Part shown: positions 48,385 to 58,823 of the stretch, one piece after another
Layout: each line of letters opens with the position of its first letter
Position numbering within the stretch: the stretch's first letter is position 1
Origin: an uncultured Oscillospiraceae bacterium
GTDB taxonomy: Bacteria > Bacillota > Clostridia > Oscillospirales > Oscillospiraceae
Assembly (NCBI GenBank): GCA_910584835.1
Contig: CAJUEG010000005.1
Span: forward strand, 113-64,112
Direction: 5' to 3'
Length of the DNA: 64,000 nt
The notes under the pieces: model-generated
Databases searched by the model: none
The model's input: the letters and a program-made list of their open reading frames with translations, nothing else
Told to the model about the DNA's origin: nothing
Position numbers and translations under genes: made by a program

Positions 48385-50754
48385 GTGGATAAAAACTATA
48401 TCGCGCCAGCGGCGGCGTTGAAAAAGCTGAAAACGGCCCGGAGCCTGCCGCAGACAGTCTATCTCTACGGGGCCACCGGCTACGGCAAGACGGAGCTGGT
48501 GCGCCAATACCTGTCGGGCCGCCGGTACACCTACCTCTCCTGTGAGGATTTGCCCTGGGAGGCGGGGGCGCTGTCCCGGTTGGAACCGGGCAGGCAGAAT
48601 CAACGGGTGGTGGTGATCGACGACCTGCACCGGCTGAAAAGCGAGGACCTGCGCCGGGAGATTTTGGCGTTGGGGGAACGGGAGGATATATGGCTGATCC
48701 TGATCAGCCGAAGCCCCATCCCTCCGTGGCTCATGCCCCGGCACGTGAAGGACGTTTTTGTCCTGATCTCGGAGAAAGACCTCCAGATGGGCCGGAAGGA
48801 GATCACCAGCTACCTGGACGCGCGGGAGATCGCCTATACAGAAGAAGATATTCAGTATTTGCAGGACACCGCCGAGGGCAACGCCTACGTCCTCCACCAT
48901 GTAGCCCTACGGATGAAGGAGGGCAGCCTGCCCGGCCCGGAGCTTCACGATGAAATATGGGAAGCCTTTGCCTCTTATCTGGAAAATGCGGTGCTGGTAC
49001 GCTGGGACAGCGATCTGCTGGAATTTCTAATGCAGGTCAGCGTGGTGGACGAATTTACACTGGAGCTGGCGGAGATGATCTCCGGCAGCCTCCACGTCAC
49101 CGCCCTGCTGGAGCAGGCGGCGGAGGCCGGGAACTTTATGAGCCAGGAGGACGGCGTATACCGTCTGCGCCCGGTATTGATCCAGGCCCTGCGGAACCGG
49201 GCGTCAAAGATATATGGCCGGGAGCGTGTCAAGGACTTCAAATACAGCGCCGCCCTGTACTACGAAATGCACGACGAGGTGGTTCCGGCGCTGAAGCTGT
49301 TCGAGGAGTGCGGCAAAACCGAGCGTATCAAAAACCTGCTGATCCGCAACGCCCGGATGAACCCCGGCAACGGCCACTATTACGAGCTGCGCCGCTACTA
49401 TTTCAACATGGACGAGAGGGAGATTGCGGACAGCCCGGTATTGATGGCAGGCATGAGTATGCTGTACTCCATGCTGATGAACAGCGAAAAAAGCGAGTAT
49501 TGGTACGAAAAGCTGAAAGCCTACGCCGCCAGCGCCCGCGGCGGCGTCCGACGGGAGGCCCAAAGCCGTTTGGCCTACCTGGACATCGGCCTGCCCCACC
49601 GGGGGAGCCGGAGCGTTTTGGACGTTATGAAAAAAATTCCCGCCCTGCTGTTCGACAAGGGCAACCAGCTCCCGGAATTTTCCGTAACCAGCAACCTGCC
49701 CTCCACCATGAACGGCGGCAAGGATTTCTGCCATTGGAGCCCCGACGATACCATGCTGGCGAAAACGGTGGGGCCGCTGGTAGAGCGGGTGCTGGGCCGC
49801 TACGGGATAGGGCTGGTCAAGGCCGCGTTGGGCGAGAGCTTGTACGAAAAGGGCGAGGACAATTACAAGGTGATGACCCTGCTGACCAGGGCGCAGATGG
49901 AAACGGAGCAGGGCGGGACAATGGAGATCGCCTTTGCCGCTGTGGGTATCAGGATCAGGCTGGCCCTGTTCCAAGGGGACATCCAGGCGGCGCGGGAGCT
50001 GCTGGCGTCCTTTGAACAGGCCGTGAAAGAGAACCGCGCTCCCCAGCTTCTGCCCAACATCCAGGCGTTCCGATGCCGGTTGGCGCTGTATGAGGGCGAT
50101 ATGGACACCGTGGAACGCTGGATGAAAACCGCGCCGGACGAGGATGTGGAGTTTTGCAGTTTGGAGCGTTACCGCTACCTGACCAAAGCGCGCTGCTATC
50201 TGGCGAACGGGGAGTACACAAAGTCCCAGGCCCTTTTGGAAAAGCTGCGCTACTACGCCGAACAGACCAACCGGCCTTATGTCCGTATGGAAACCGGGCT
50301 GCTGTCCGCTGTCACCAAGGAGCGCGTGGGCGGGCCGTGGCAAGAGGAACTGGCCGCCGTTTTCCAGGAGGCGGAGGGCTACCGCTTCCTGCGCTTAATC
50401 AGCGAGGAGGGCGCGGCGGTATGGCCCCTGCTCCAGCGGGAGAAAAAGGCGCTGATGGAGGCCGGAACGCTGGATAAGGACTGGCTGCGCCGGGTGCTGG
50501 ACGAGGCGGAGGAAATGGCCCGCCGTTACCCCCTATATCTGAAAAAGCGGGCGGCGGCAGCGGCGGATTTCAGCGGCACCGCCCTGACCATCCTTCGTTT
50601 GCAGGCGGATGGCCTGTCCCTCAATCAGATCGCTAAAAAATTAGATATGAAATCATTTTCCGTTTCCTATCATATCCAGGAAAACTATCGAAAGCTGAAT
50701 GTTTCCCGCAAGGCTGACGCGCTAATTGCGGCCCGGAGCCTGGGGCTTTTATAG
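48385..50754 (+). CDS. MalT-like ATP-binding regulator with C-terminal LuxR HTH
   Basis: GATGYGKT; VIDD; C-terminal GLSLNQIAKKL...VSYH...YRKLNV. Confidence 0.85.
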   Translation: MDKNYIAPAAALKKLKTARSLPQTVYLYGATGYGKTELVRQYLSGRRYTYLSCEDLPWEAGALSRLEPGRQNQRVVVIDDLHRLKSEDLRREILALGEREDIWLILISRSPIPPWLMPRHVKDVFVLISEKDLQMGRKEITSYLDAREIAYTEEDIQYLQDTAEGNAYVLHHVALRMKEGSLPGPELHDEIWEAFASYLENAVLVRWDSDLLEFLMQVSVVDEFTLELAEMISGSLHVTALLEQAAEAGNFMSQEDGVYRLRPVLIQALRNRASKIYGRERVKDFKYSAALYYEMHDEVVPALKLFEECGKTERIKNLLIRNARMNPGNGHYYELRRYYFNMDEREIADSPVLMAGMSMLYSMLMNSEKSEYWYEKLKAYAASARGGVRREAQSRLAYLDIGLPHRGSRSVLDVMKKIPALLFDKGNQLPEFSVTSNLPSTMNGGKDFCHWSPDDTMLAKTVGPLVERVLGRYGIGLVKAALGESLYEKGEDNYKVMTLLTRAQMETEQGGTMEIAFAAVGIRIRLALFQGDIQAARELLASFEQAVKENRAPQLLPNIQAFRCRLALYEGDMDTVERWMKTAPDEDVEFCSLERYRYLTKARCYLANGEYTKSQALLEKLRYYAEQTNRPYVRMETGLLSAVTKERVGGPWQEELAAVFQEAEGYRFLRLISEEGAAVWPLLQREKKALMEAGTLDKDWLRRVLDEAEEMARRYPLYLKKRAAAAADFSGTALTILRLQADGLSLNQIAKKLDMKSFSVSYHIQENYRKLNVSRKADALIAARSLGLL

Positions 50755-50827
50755 GCCGAGAAATATGTCTCACGGTGAGACACATTAAAGCAAGGGATAT
50801 TTTGAGCATAAAGGAGGCGAACCGCTT

Positions 50828-51301
50828 ATGAGCAAGGACAGCTCCAACCAGCACTTCACCCCGCCGCGAAACGCGAAGCCCATAGACCCGGTTTTGCGGT
50901 TTGGCATGGAGATGAACTACAAAACCATTTATGTCGTCTTTTGCGGGGGCTTTCCCACGCTGTCGGCGTACCTGTGTTTTCAAGAAGATGTGGAGGTATA
51001 CCACGTCAGCACCGCCGAGGAACTGCGGGGGCTGCTGACCGGCGCGGACGGCATACCGGCTGATCTGGCCGTGATATACAGCCCTGACTTCCAGATACTC
51101 CCGCCTATGGCGTTCTTTTCCCCAGTGGACGGCCACGAGACTATGGTGCAATTTTCCCTTGACGCCGCGATTGCCGACGAGGACGGGCTGAACGAATGGT
51201 GTTCCTTGATAGACAGCCTGCGGGCCAAAAAACGGCAGTTTGTAGAGGGATATAAACGATACAGCGAACTATACCCCGAATCGAAGGAGGATTCCAAATG
51301 A
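50828..51301 (+). CDS. Hypothetical protein
   Basis: RBS AAGGAGG; ATGA overlap with the next gene. Confidence 0.65.
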   Translation: MSKDSSNQHFTPPRNAKPIDPVLRFGMEMNYKTIYVVFCGGFPTLSAYLCFQEDVEVYHVSTAEELRGLLTGADGIPADLAVIYSPDFQILPPMAFFSPVDGHETMVQFSLDAAIADEDGLNEWCSLIDSLRAKKRQFVEGYKRYSELYPESKEDSK

Positions 51302-54300
51302 AGCGCAGAATTTTGAGTATCATCACCGCTCTGGCCCTGTGCCTGAGCCTTTGCCCCACCTGGGCGCTGGCTGCGGAGGCAGACCCGTCCCTCTGCGAGC
51401 ACCACCCGGAACATACCGAGGACTGCGGCTACACCGCCCCCACCGAGGGCCACGACTGCGGCCATGAGCACACAGCGGAGTGCTACACGCTGGGCGTCCT
51501 CCCCGACGCGGACAGCGGCGACCCCTACGAGATCGGCGGGGACACGGAAAACCTGCTGGACTGCCAGCACAGCCATAACAGCGAATGTGGCTATGTAGAG
51601 GCCGACCCCGGCGCGCCCTGCGGGTATGAGTGCCGTATCTGTCCCATCGAGGACTTGATCGCCGCCCTGCCGGAGCAGGTGACGGAGGACAACCGGGCGG
51701 ACGTGGAGGCACAGCTCCAGGAGATTCTCGGCCTGTTTTCAGACCTGACCGAGGAGGAACAGGAGGAGATCAACCTCTCCCGAATCTATGCGCTGCAAGG
51801 GGCGCTGGACGAAGCCAACAACCCCATGCCCCTGGCGGGGGCCGTTGAGTACGTGGACGCGGCTGGGAACGCCCAGCAAAGCCCGGCGGACTGCGTGACC
51901 ATCACGGCAGACATGGCGAACAAGAATTTGACCGGCGGCTGGTATGTAGCGGAGGGGAATGTCACCATTAACGGCGCACTCAATTTTAATGGCGAAACCC
52001 ACCTCATTCTCGCCGACGGCTGTACGCTGACCGTGAATAACAACTTACAAACCACGAATCTGACCATTTACGGCCAGACGAACGGCACGGGCTTCCTCTG
52101 TGCGGGCAATAACAGTCTGAGAGCGCCGGCTATTGGCGCTCTGTCATCAAATGTTGCCATTACCATCAATGGCGGCTGCGTACAAGCGATGAGCTTTACC
52201 ATTGTCGTAGGAACAGCGCCATATTATGTAATTGGCGGTCTTGATGGTAGTACTGTAACTATCAACGGTGGCATTGTGGCTGCCAAGGACTCTTATAATA
52301 CCGGACGCACTTTTCCTCAAAACTGTACAGCCAATAGTTCCCGAGGCTGCATTGTCGCTCGGGACGGCGTTGGGGAGGTCTACGGCAGCATGACTCTGGC
52401 GGAAACCTCCGGGAGCGGCATCACGCTATCCTCCCTGCACATCAGCAAGGGCGCAAGCCTGAACAGCCCGGGCAGATGGAAAAGCATTTCCATTACTATG
52501 GAGGATCTGCCGACTGACGATCAATTTAATATTACATTAAAAGATGGGATAAACGCAGCTTCCACCGAGGAGGAAATCAGGAATGCCATTCAAGTCCAGT
52601 CTCCTTATAAAGAGATAGGCCATACCGGAGCCTTCACCATAACAGGTTTGTCGGATGAGAATGTCACACAGATTACAAAAAGCGAGGATGGAACGTGCAT
52701 CGTCACTTTTACCAAGAACGGAAAAGTAGTTACTAGAAATTTCAAGCTGGAAAAGTTGAAAATCGATTCCTCCAGCGTAAGTCTGCCTTGGGACAGTTCT
52801 TACGCTTACACCGGCAGCGCCATTGAGCCAGAGTTCACTGTGACTGTGGAGAAGAAGGTTTTGACAAAGGGTACAGATTATACGGTGGAATACGCCAATA
52901 ACATCAATATTGGTAATGCAACCCTCACCGTGACCGGCATAGGGAACTACGAAGGCACCGTCGAGAAGACTTTTAGAATCACCGATTCGGATGCACTGAT
53001 AGAAGTACAGTATGTCGACGAGTCCGGGCAGAGGCAGACTGCCCAGGCAAAGGCCATCTCAACAATGCTTAACACGACCCAGCTGACTTTGGAGGAGGGC
53101 TGGTACTTCGTGCAAGGCGCAGCGGCCAGGTTTACTATAACTGTGCCGGCTGGGACTACCAGTTACCTCATCCTGCCGGACGGTAGTTCTCTGTACGCGG
53201 GGAGCTTGAATCTGAGTGGCAGCTTGACTATTTATGGGCAGTCCGGAAACAGAGGAAAGCTGGATGCGGGCCCTAGTATGAACAGTACCCTGGTTCCTAT
53301 CCAGCTTAACAATGCGGGAACCCTCACCGTCAATGGTGGGAATTTGTCTGTGACGAAATCTATCGGGGGAGATTTGGCAATCAAACTTTCAAAAAACTGT
53401 ATCTTCACCTACAACAGCGAGAGCGGCCTTTTTAGAGTCAACGGCAGCTTCAATAATAATAATGGCACCCTGCAAACCGAGCGGTTGACGGAGGATATGA
53501 TCGCCGTTGATACAGAAAGGCTCCCCGTTGGCACCGATGAGGATTTGTCGGAAACGGTCAAGGGCTGCGTCAGCCTGGAAAACCCCACCTACGCCGGGAA
53601 AGAGTTTATCCTAACCGGCTGGACGCAGTCGTCCGTCACCAGGCAGGACAACTGCACCTACATCGTCACTTACTCCCACGAAACGAGGGGGACGGTCAGC
53701 AAAACGGTATCGCTGGGCCAGCCCTGCGACCACCTAAGCCAGGGGTACATCAGCAATAACGACGGCACCCACACCAAGACCTGTCTGGACTGCGGCAAAA
53801 CGTGGGATGCGGAGGGCTGCGCCTACGTTTTCAGCGGTGCCGACGGCACCTGCGCGGCGTGCGGGGACAGCGTGACCGTGGCGGTTTCCGGCACGGAGAA
53901 CCTGATCTATGACGGCACTGAGAAAAAGCCGGGAGTGACCGTCACAAGGGCTGGTACGGAGTTGGCAACGAGCAATTATACGGTAGCCTACACCGACAAC
54001 ACCAACGCCGGTACAGCCAAAGTGACCGTGACCATCGGGAATAATCAGGGCACATATAACGGGAGTTTCACCATCGGCAAGGCCACGCCCACGATCACAT
54101 GGGACACCACGGCCCAGGAGCTGCCCTATACCGGCAATCCAGCGGCCATTACAGCGCCCGCCGTGAAGCTGGTGAACAACGAAAACTTTGGGGGGACAAT
54201 CAGCTATTCCTACGCGACCCAAGGCGGCACCGAGTATAAGGACGGCCTGCCTACCAACGCCGGGACATACACCATCAAGGCCAGTATTGCGGCCCAGGGC

Positions 54301-57207
54301 AACTACACCGCCGCCGACAGCACAAACACGCTGACGCTGACCATAAATCCGACCCCAGTAACGTTGACTTTTGCCAATCAGACGATTGCCTACGGCGACA
54401 CACCGACAGGAGCTACCGCTGACCCCGCCAGCGCAAAGATCGAGTATTCCTACACCACCGAAGCAGGCGGCACACCGATCTCCGGCTGGCCCACAAACGC
54501 GGGAACCTACACCGTCACCGCCAAGGTTAAAGCCACCGGCAACTACGGGGAGGCCATCCAAACCGCAACCCTGACGATTAACCCAAAAGCGGTCAGCAAT
54601 CCAACCATTGAGCTGTCCCCCAGCAGCTTTGACTATGACGGCACTGCAAAGAAGCCCGCTGTCACCGTGAAGGACGGCACTACCGTGATCCCGGCCAGCG
54701 AGTACACAGTGGCCTACAGCAACAACATCAACGCTGGCACCGCCACCGTCACCATCACCGACAAGACGGGCGGCAACTACACCGTCAGCGGCACCACGAC
54801 CTTCACTATCACCGCCAAGCCCCTCACCGGGGCGAAAGTGGAAGCCACCGGCACGTTTACCTACACCGGGAACGCACAGGAGCCAGCACCCACCGTGACC
54901 CTGGGCGGGCAACCGCTGACGGCGAACACCGACTACACAGTGACCTACGACGACAACACCAACGCTGGCACCGCCAAAATCACCGTCACCGGGACGGGCA
55001 ACTATTCCGGCACCGCCCAGGGCACCTTTACCATCGGCAGGGCCGACCTGACCGCAGACGGCACCGGCATCGCCAGCGGCACCTATGGCGATAAGCTGTC
55101 CGGGCTGACCGTTTCCGGCCTGACCGCCAAGCTGGGCGAGGCCACGGTGACAGGCACCTGGAAGCTGACCGGGGACACCGTGCCCAATGTGGGGGACAGC
55201 GGCCAATACACCGCCACCTTCACCCCGGCCACCGGTGCGGGCAACTACAACGCGCTGACGGCCCAAGTGACACTGAGCATCGCCAAGGCAAACTATACCG
55301 GCACCACCACGGCAAGTACCTCCGCCAAATTCGGCACCACCGGGACCTATGACCTCTCGGCCCTGCTCCCGGATGGGGCCACGGCGGGGACAGCGGCCAC
55401 CACCAGCGATATTTTTGAGGGGACGCCCACCGTTAGCGGCAAGGCCCTGACCTACCAACTGAAAGCAGGCGCAACGGTTGGCAACACCGGCCCGATCACC
55501 GTGCCCGTGATCTCCACGAACTATCAGGAGTTCAACTTGACCATCACCGTCACCGTGACGGACAAATTCGTGCCCACCCTGACCGTCAGCCCCATCACCG
55601 TCACCTACAGCGGCGAGGCAATCCCCGGCACCGCCATCAAGGGCACGGCCAAGGTGGGGAGCACCACCGTCCCCGGCACCTGGGCCTTTGCCTCCGGCGA
55701 AGCTGTCACCAACGTGGCGGACAGCGGCACAAAGACCGTCAAATTCGTGCCAACCGATAAGGCCACCTACGCCGAGGCCACCGCCGTCGTCGTTGTGACC
55801 ATCGGCAAGGCTACCCCCACGGGCGCGCCCAAGTACACCGCAATTTCTGCCAGCGGCAAGACCCTGGCCGACGCCGGACTGACCACCGAGGGCGGCACTT
55901 TCAGCACTACGGGCACCGTGGCCTGGGCCCTGGGCACAGATACAGCGGTAACGGCCAACACCCAGTACGAGTGGACGTTCACTCCCACCGACGCCGCCAA
56001 CTACAACACCCTGACGGGCAAGATCACACTTTGGGTACAGAGCACGGGCGGCGGCAGCTACGTGCCCTCCGGCCCCGGCAGCTCCAGCCTGCCCGTGACC
56101 ACCACCGGCCAGGGCAGCACCACCACGACCACCACGACCACCGCGGCCCCCACCGCTACCACCCAGGGCGGCACAGCAACCACCACCATCAACACCACCA
56201 TGGGCCAGGAGATCGTGAAGCAGGCCGTGGCTAACAAGAGCGAGGAAGTGGTGATCGCCCCCAAAGTCACCGGGAGCGTCACCAAGGCCGAGGTTTCCAT
56301 CCCGGCCTCAACCGTGGGCCAGATCGGGAGCCAGACCAGCGCGAGCCTGACCGTTTCCACCCCCGTGGCCGATGTGACCATCCCCAACGGGGGCCTGGGC
56401 AGCCTGGGCAGCGCGGGCGGCACCGTGACTGTCACAGCGGAGCAGGTCGGGAACCAGGTGGAGCTAACCGTGACGGCGGGCGGCCAGACCGTTCAGACCG
56501 TCCCAGGCGGCGTAACCCTCACCGTGCCCGCGTCCAACACCACCCCCGGCACCGTGGCCGTGCTGGTTCGCCCGGACGGCACGCGGCAGGTGGTGCGGAA
56601 ATCCGTGGCGGACGGGGACAGCGTGACGATCCCGCTGGACGGCTCAGCCAAGCTGGAAATCGTGGACAACAGCGGCTATTTTGCCGACGTGCCCGCCACG
56701 AGCTGGGCGGCGGACGCCGTGGCCTTTGCCAGCGGACACGAGCTGTTCAGCGGCACCGCCCCCGGCCAGTTCAGCCCCAACACCCCCATGAGCCGGGGGA
56801 TGCTGGCGGTGGTGCTCCACAACCTGGAGAGCAACCCCGCCCAGGCCCTCACGGGCGCATTTATCGACGTGGACAACAGCCAGTGGTATGCCGAGGGCGT
56901 GGCCTGGGCGGAGGCCCAGGGCATCATCGGGGGCTACGGCAACGGGCAGTTTGGCCCCAATGACAACATCACCAGGGAGCAGTTGGCCGTCATGCTGTGG
57001 CGCTATGCTGGAAGCCCTGCCGCGACGGATCGGGAGCTGCACTTTGCCGACGCGCACCGGGCCAGCGACTGGGCATTGGAAGCCCTGCGCTGGGCCACGG
57101 AGAACGGTATCATCAATGGAAAGGGCGGCGGAATCCTCGATCCCACCGGGCAGGCCACACGTGCGGAAACGGCGCAGATGTTAAAAAATTTCATGGAATC
57201 CAAATAA
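51298..57207 (+). CDS. Large SLH-anchored surface protein with Ig/MBG-like repeats
   Basis: Signal peptide; Cys/His-rich N-region; DYTVxY.NN.NAGTA repeats; three C-terminal SLH repeats. Confidence 0.9.
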   Translation: MKRRILSIITALALCLSLCPTWALAAEADPSLCEHHPEHTEDCGYTAPTEGHDCGHEHTAECYTLGVLPDADSGDPYEIGGDTENLLDCQHSHNSECGYVEADPGAPCGYECRICPIEDLIAALPEQVTEDNRADVEAQLQEILGLFSDLTEEEQEEINLSRIYALQGALDEANNPMPLAGAVEYVDAAGNAQQSPADCVTITADMANKNLTGGWYVAEGNVTINGALNFNGETHLILADGCTLTVNNNLQTTNLTIYGQTNGTGFLCAGNNSLRAPAIGALSSNVAITINGGCVQAMSFTIVVGTAPYYVIGGLDGSTVTINGGIVAAKDSYNTGRTFPQNCTANSSRGCIVARDGVGEVYGSMTLAETSGSGITLSSLHISKGASLNSPGRWKSISITMEDLPTDDQFNITLKDGINAASTEEEIRNAIQVQSPYKEIGHTGAFTITGLSDENVTQITKSEDGTCIVTFTKNGKVVTRNFKLEKLKIDSSSVSLPWDSSYAYTGSAIEPEFTVTVEKKVLTKGTDYTVEYANNINIGNATLTVTGIGNYEGTVEKTFRITDSDALIEVQYVDESGQRQTAQAKAISTMLNTTQLTLEEGWYFVQGAAARFTITVPAGTTSYLILPDGSSLYAGSLNLSGSLTIYGQSGNRGKLDAGPSMNSTLVPIQLNNAGTLTVNGGNLSVTKSIGGDLAIKLSKNCIFTYNSESGLFRVNGSFNNNNGTLQTERLTEDMIAVDTERLPVGTDEDLSETVKGCVSLENPTYAGKEFILTGWTQSSVTRQDNCTYIVTYSHETRGTVSKTVSLGQPCDHLSQGYISNNDGTHTKTCLDCGKTWDAEGCAYVFSGADGTCAACGDSVTVAVSGTENLIYDGTEKKPGVTVTRAGTELATSNYTVAYTDNTNAGTAKVTVTIGNNQGTYNGSFTIGKATPTITWDTTAQELPYTGNPAAITAPAVKLVNNENFGGTISYSYATQGGTEYKDGLPTNAGTYTIKASIAAQGNYTAADSTNTLTLTINPTPVTLTFANQTIAYGDTPTGATADPASAKIEYSYTTEAGGTPISGWPTNAGTYTVTAKVKATGNYGEAIQTATLTINPKAVSNPTIELSPSSFDYDGTAKKPAVTVKDGTTVIPASEYTVAYSNNINAGTATVTITDKTGGNYTVSGTTTFTITAKPLTGAKVEATGTFTYTGNAQEPAPTVTLGGQPLTANTDYTVTYDDNTNAGTAKITVTGTGNYSGTAQGTFTIGRADLTADGTGIASGTYGDKLSGLTVSGLTAKLGEATVTGTWKLTGDTVPNVGDSGQYTATFTPATGAGNYNALTAQVTLSIAKANYTGTTTASTSAKFGTTGTYDLSALLPDGATAGTAATTSDIFEGTPTVSGKALTYQLKAGATVGNTGPITVPVISTNYQEFNLTITVTVTDKFVPTLTVSPITVTYSGEAIPGTAIKGTAKVGSTTVPGTWAFASGEAVTNVADSGTKTVKFVPTDKATYAEATAVVVVTIGKATPTGAPKYTAISASGKTLADAGLTTEGGTFSTTGTVAWALGTDTAVTANTQYEWTFTPTDAANYNTLTGKITLWVQSTGGGSYVPSGPGSSSLPVTTTGQGSTTTTTTTTAAPTATTQGGTATTTINTTMGQEIVKQAVANKSEEVVIAPKVTGSVTKAEVSIPASTVGQIGSQTSASLTVSTPVADVTIPNGGLGSLGSAGGTVTVTAEQVGNQVELTVTAGGQTVQTVPGGVTLTVPASNTTPGTVAVLVRPDGTRQVVRKSVADGDSVTIPLDGSAKLEIVDNSGYFADVPATSWAADAVAFASGHELFSGTAPGQFSPNTPMSRGMLAVVLHNLESNPAQALTGAFIDVDNSQWYAEGVAWAEAQGIIGGYGNGQFGPNDNITREQLAVMLWRYAGSPAATDRELHFADAHRASDWALEALRWATENGIINGKGGGILDPTGQATRAETAQMLKNFMESK

Positions 57208-57217
57208 GGGCATGAGA

Positions 57218-57249
57218 GAACAGGGCGGACAATCCGCCCTGTTCTTTTT
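57218..57249 (+). terminator. Rho-independent terminator
   Basis: GAACAGGGCGGA-caa-TCCGCCCTGTTC then T-run. Confidence 0.8.
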
Positions 57250-57434
57250 GCACCAAATTTTGCAAAATATGTAGAAAAAAAGCAGAAAGAAATAAATCTC
57301 ACCATGAGACACAATTTGAAAAATCAGTCGTTTCCCATAACCTTTTAGAATATTTTGACTACTTTTTGCGCTTATCTTTCAAAATCGGGATTTTTAGGAA
57401 GTTAAGTTATAGAAAGGAAAAAGGAGAAGGGCAT

Positions 57435-57863
57435 ATGGACAGAAGATATGAGCAATTCAATGAAATGACCTTTGAATCCTACATCAGAAAAGCAATCGAC
57501 AATGCGGTAAATAAAGTAGGCAAAAAGCAAGCCGAGCGAGAGCAATGGGAACAATCCTTATCCACCATGACAGACGCGGATTTATATTCCGTTTCCCCAA
57601 AGGACGCAGAAATTAAGGGCGTGGGGCAGGTGGGCCGGATATTCCGAGTGCAGGAAGAAGATATATCCATTTATGATGAAACATTGGGGCAAGCTCTTTT
57701 GTCCCTTCTGCCCAAAGATCGCAACGTGATTTTGATGTATTATTTCCTCAAAATGACCGATGAAAAGATTTCCCATGTGCTGGGTGTCACCCGCGCTGCT
57801 GTTCAGCAGCGGCGGAACAACGCCATAAAAAAGCTACACGCACGTTTGGAGGATAGCACATGA
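57435..57863 (+). CDS. Sigma-70 region 4-like protein (Tn916 Orf7-like)
   Basis: TFESYIRK; LGQALLSL...R.VILMYYF..MTD..I...LG..R..V...R. Confidence 0.8.
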   Translation: MDRRYEQFNEMTFESYIRKAIDNAVNKVGKKQAEREQWEQSLSTMTDADLYSVSPKDAEIKGVGQVGRIFRVQEEDISIYDETLGQALLSLLPKDRNVILMYYFLKMTDEKISHVLGVTRAAVQQRRNNAIKKLHARLEDST

Positions 57864-58105
57864 AATGGGTGCCCTTTCCTGTCATATCGGCAGCGAAAGA
57901 ATATGATGCGGAGGCGATTGAGTTCATTTGCCGCCACTTTGAGAGATACATAGTGTACCGCAGCGTCCGAAAATACAGCGATTTATACGGAAATGAGAAA
58001 TCCTTTTTGGATGATGAACGCTATTCCGAGGCGCAAACGGCCATGCTGTCCGCCATTTTCTCGTTTGACTTTAGGGAGCCCCCCGAGGATTATCACGCCG
58101 GTTGA
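57860..58105 (+). CDS. Small HTH protein (Tn916 Orf8-like)
   Basis: PFPVI.AA...D.EAI..I..HF..YI; ATGA overlap with the Orf7-like gene. Confidence 0.75.
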   Translation: MKWVPFPVISAAKEYDAEAIEFICRHFERYIVYRSVRKYSDLYGNEKSFLDDERYSEAQTAMLSAIFSFDFREPPEDYHAG

Positions 58106-58184
58106 ATTTTCATCCGGCAGGAGTATGCCACATACGGCGGCACATTCCTGCGGGCTGAAAATAGCCTGAATCACAACTGAATAG

Positions 58185-58458
58185 GGCAGTCAGATACGTT
58201 CCATATCGCGTTGAGCCAAGCGGCGGGTGCGCAGGGACGTTCCACCGGGAAGGGAGGGAATAGGCCGGGAGGAACCGAGCGAACACCACCAGCGCCGCAA
58301 AGCGGCCCCAGGCAGGGCCGCGGGCGATTATGCGCGTATGGGTAATGATGATACTTGCGTCAGCTATGCGTCACAGTATAGGGCGCCCCGCCATGGGTAT
58401 GGAGGGAGGCACGGTAATTTCCTATGAGGCGGTTTGCCAACCGCCGTCTGAATCTGCC
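58185..58458 (+). ncRNA. Candidate structured RNA, ~275 nt
   Basis: Ends pair (GGCAG-TCAGA / TCTGA-at-CTGCC); several internal stems; no convincing ORF. Confidence 0.5.
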
Positions 58459-58481
58459 TTTGGAGCTATATCGTGAACGGC

Positions 58482-58512
58482 AAAATCCGCGCTGACCGCC
58501 AGCGCGGATTTT
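58482..58512 (+). terminator. Terminator-like hairpin
   Basis: AAAATCCGCGCTG-accgc-CAGCGCGGATTTT. Confidence 0.7.
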
Positions 58513-58541
58513 GTCGTTTCAAATCTCACCGTGAGACACGA

Positions 58542-58569
58542 ATATGAAACAGTCTATGCGGCATATCTT
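58542..58569 (+). promoter_or_regulatory. SigE-like promoter
   Basis: ATA-N17-CATATCTT, same geometry as the sigK promoter. Confidence 0.55.
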
Positions 58570-58603
58570 CCCTGTGTAGACTGACAAAAGGGGGCGCAAG
58601 ACA

Positions 58604-58789
58604 GTTAATATCATCGTACATTACCCGGAAGATAAAGAGAAACAGCGGGAACTCGCCAAAAGGGTCGCTTACGTCCACGCTCAGACGATAGCCGAAAAGT
58701 TGGCGACCCTGTCCTGCCCTGTGGAACAGAAAGCGGCGCTATGCGATGAAATCAAGAAACGATACAAGGCCGCCAATAAAATGAGATAA
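58604..58789 (+). CDS. 61-aa protein absent from the ORF track; candidate recombination directionality factor
   Basis: AGGGGG-N9-GTT; (M)NIIVHYPEDKEKQRELAKRVAYVHAQTIAEKLATLSCPVEQKAALCDEIKKRYKAANKMR. Confidence 0.6.
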   Translation, partial: VNIIVHYPEDKEKQRELAKRVAYVHAQTIAEKLATLSCPVEQKAALCDEIKKRYKAANKMR

Positions 58790-58823
58790 GAAGCGAGGAG
58801 TAGGGGAGAGGGAAAGCCATCCT

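Noticed and set aside
58227..58460. Group II intron (GTGCG start)
   Set aside because: No domain V consensus and no reverse transcriptase; too short.
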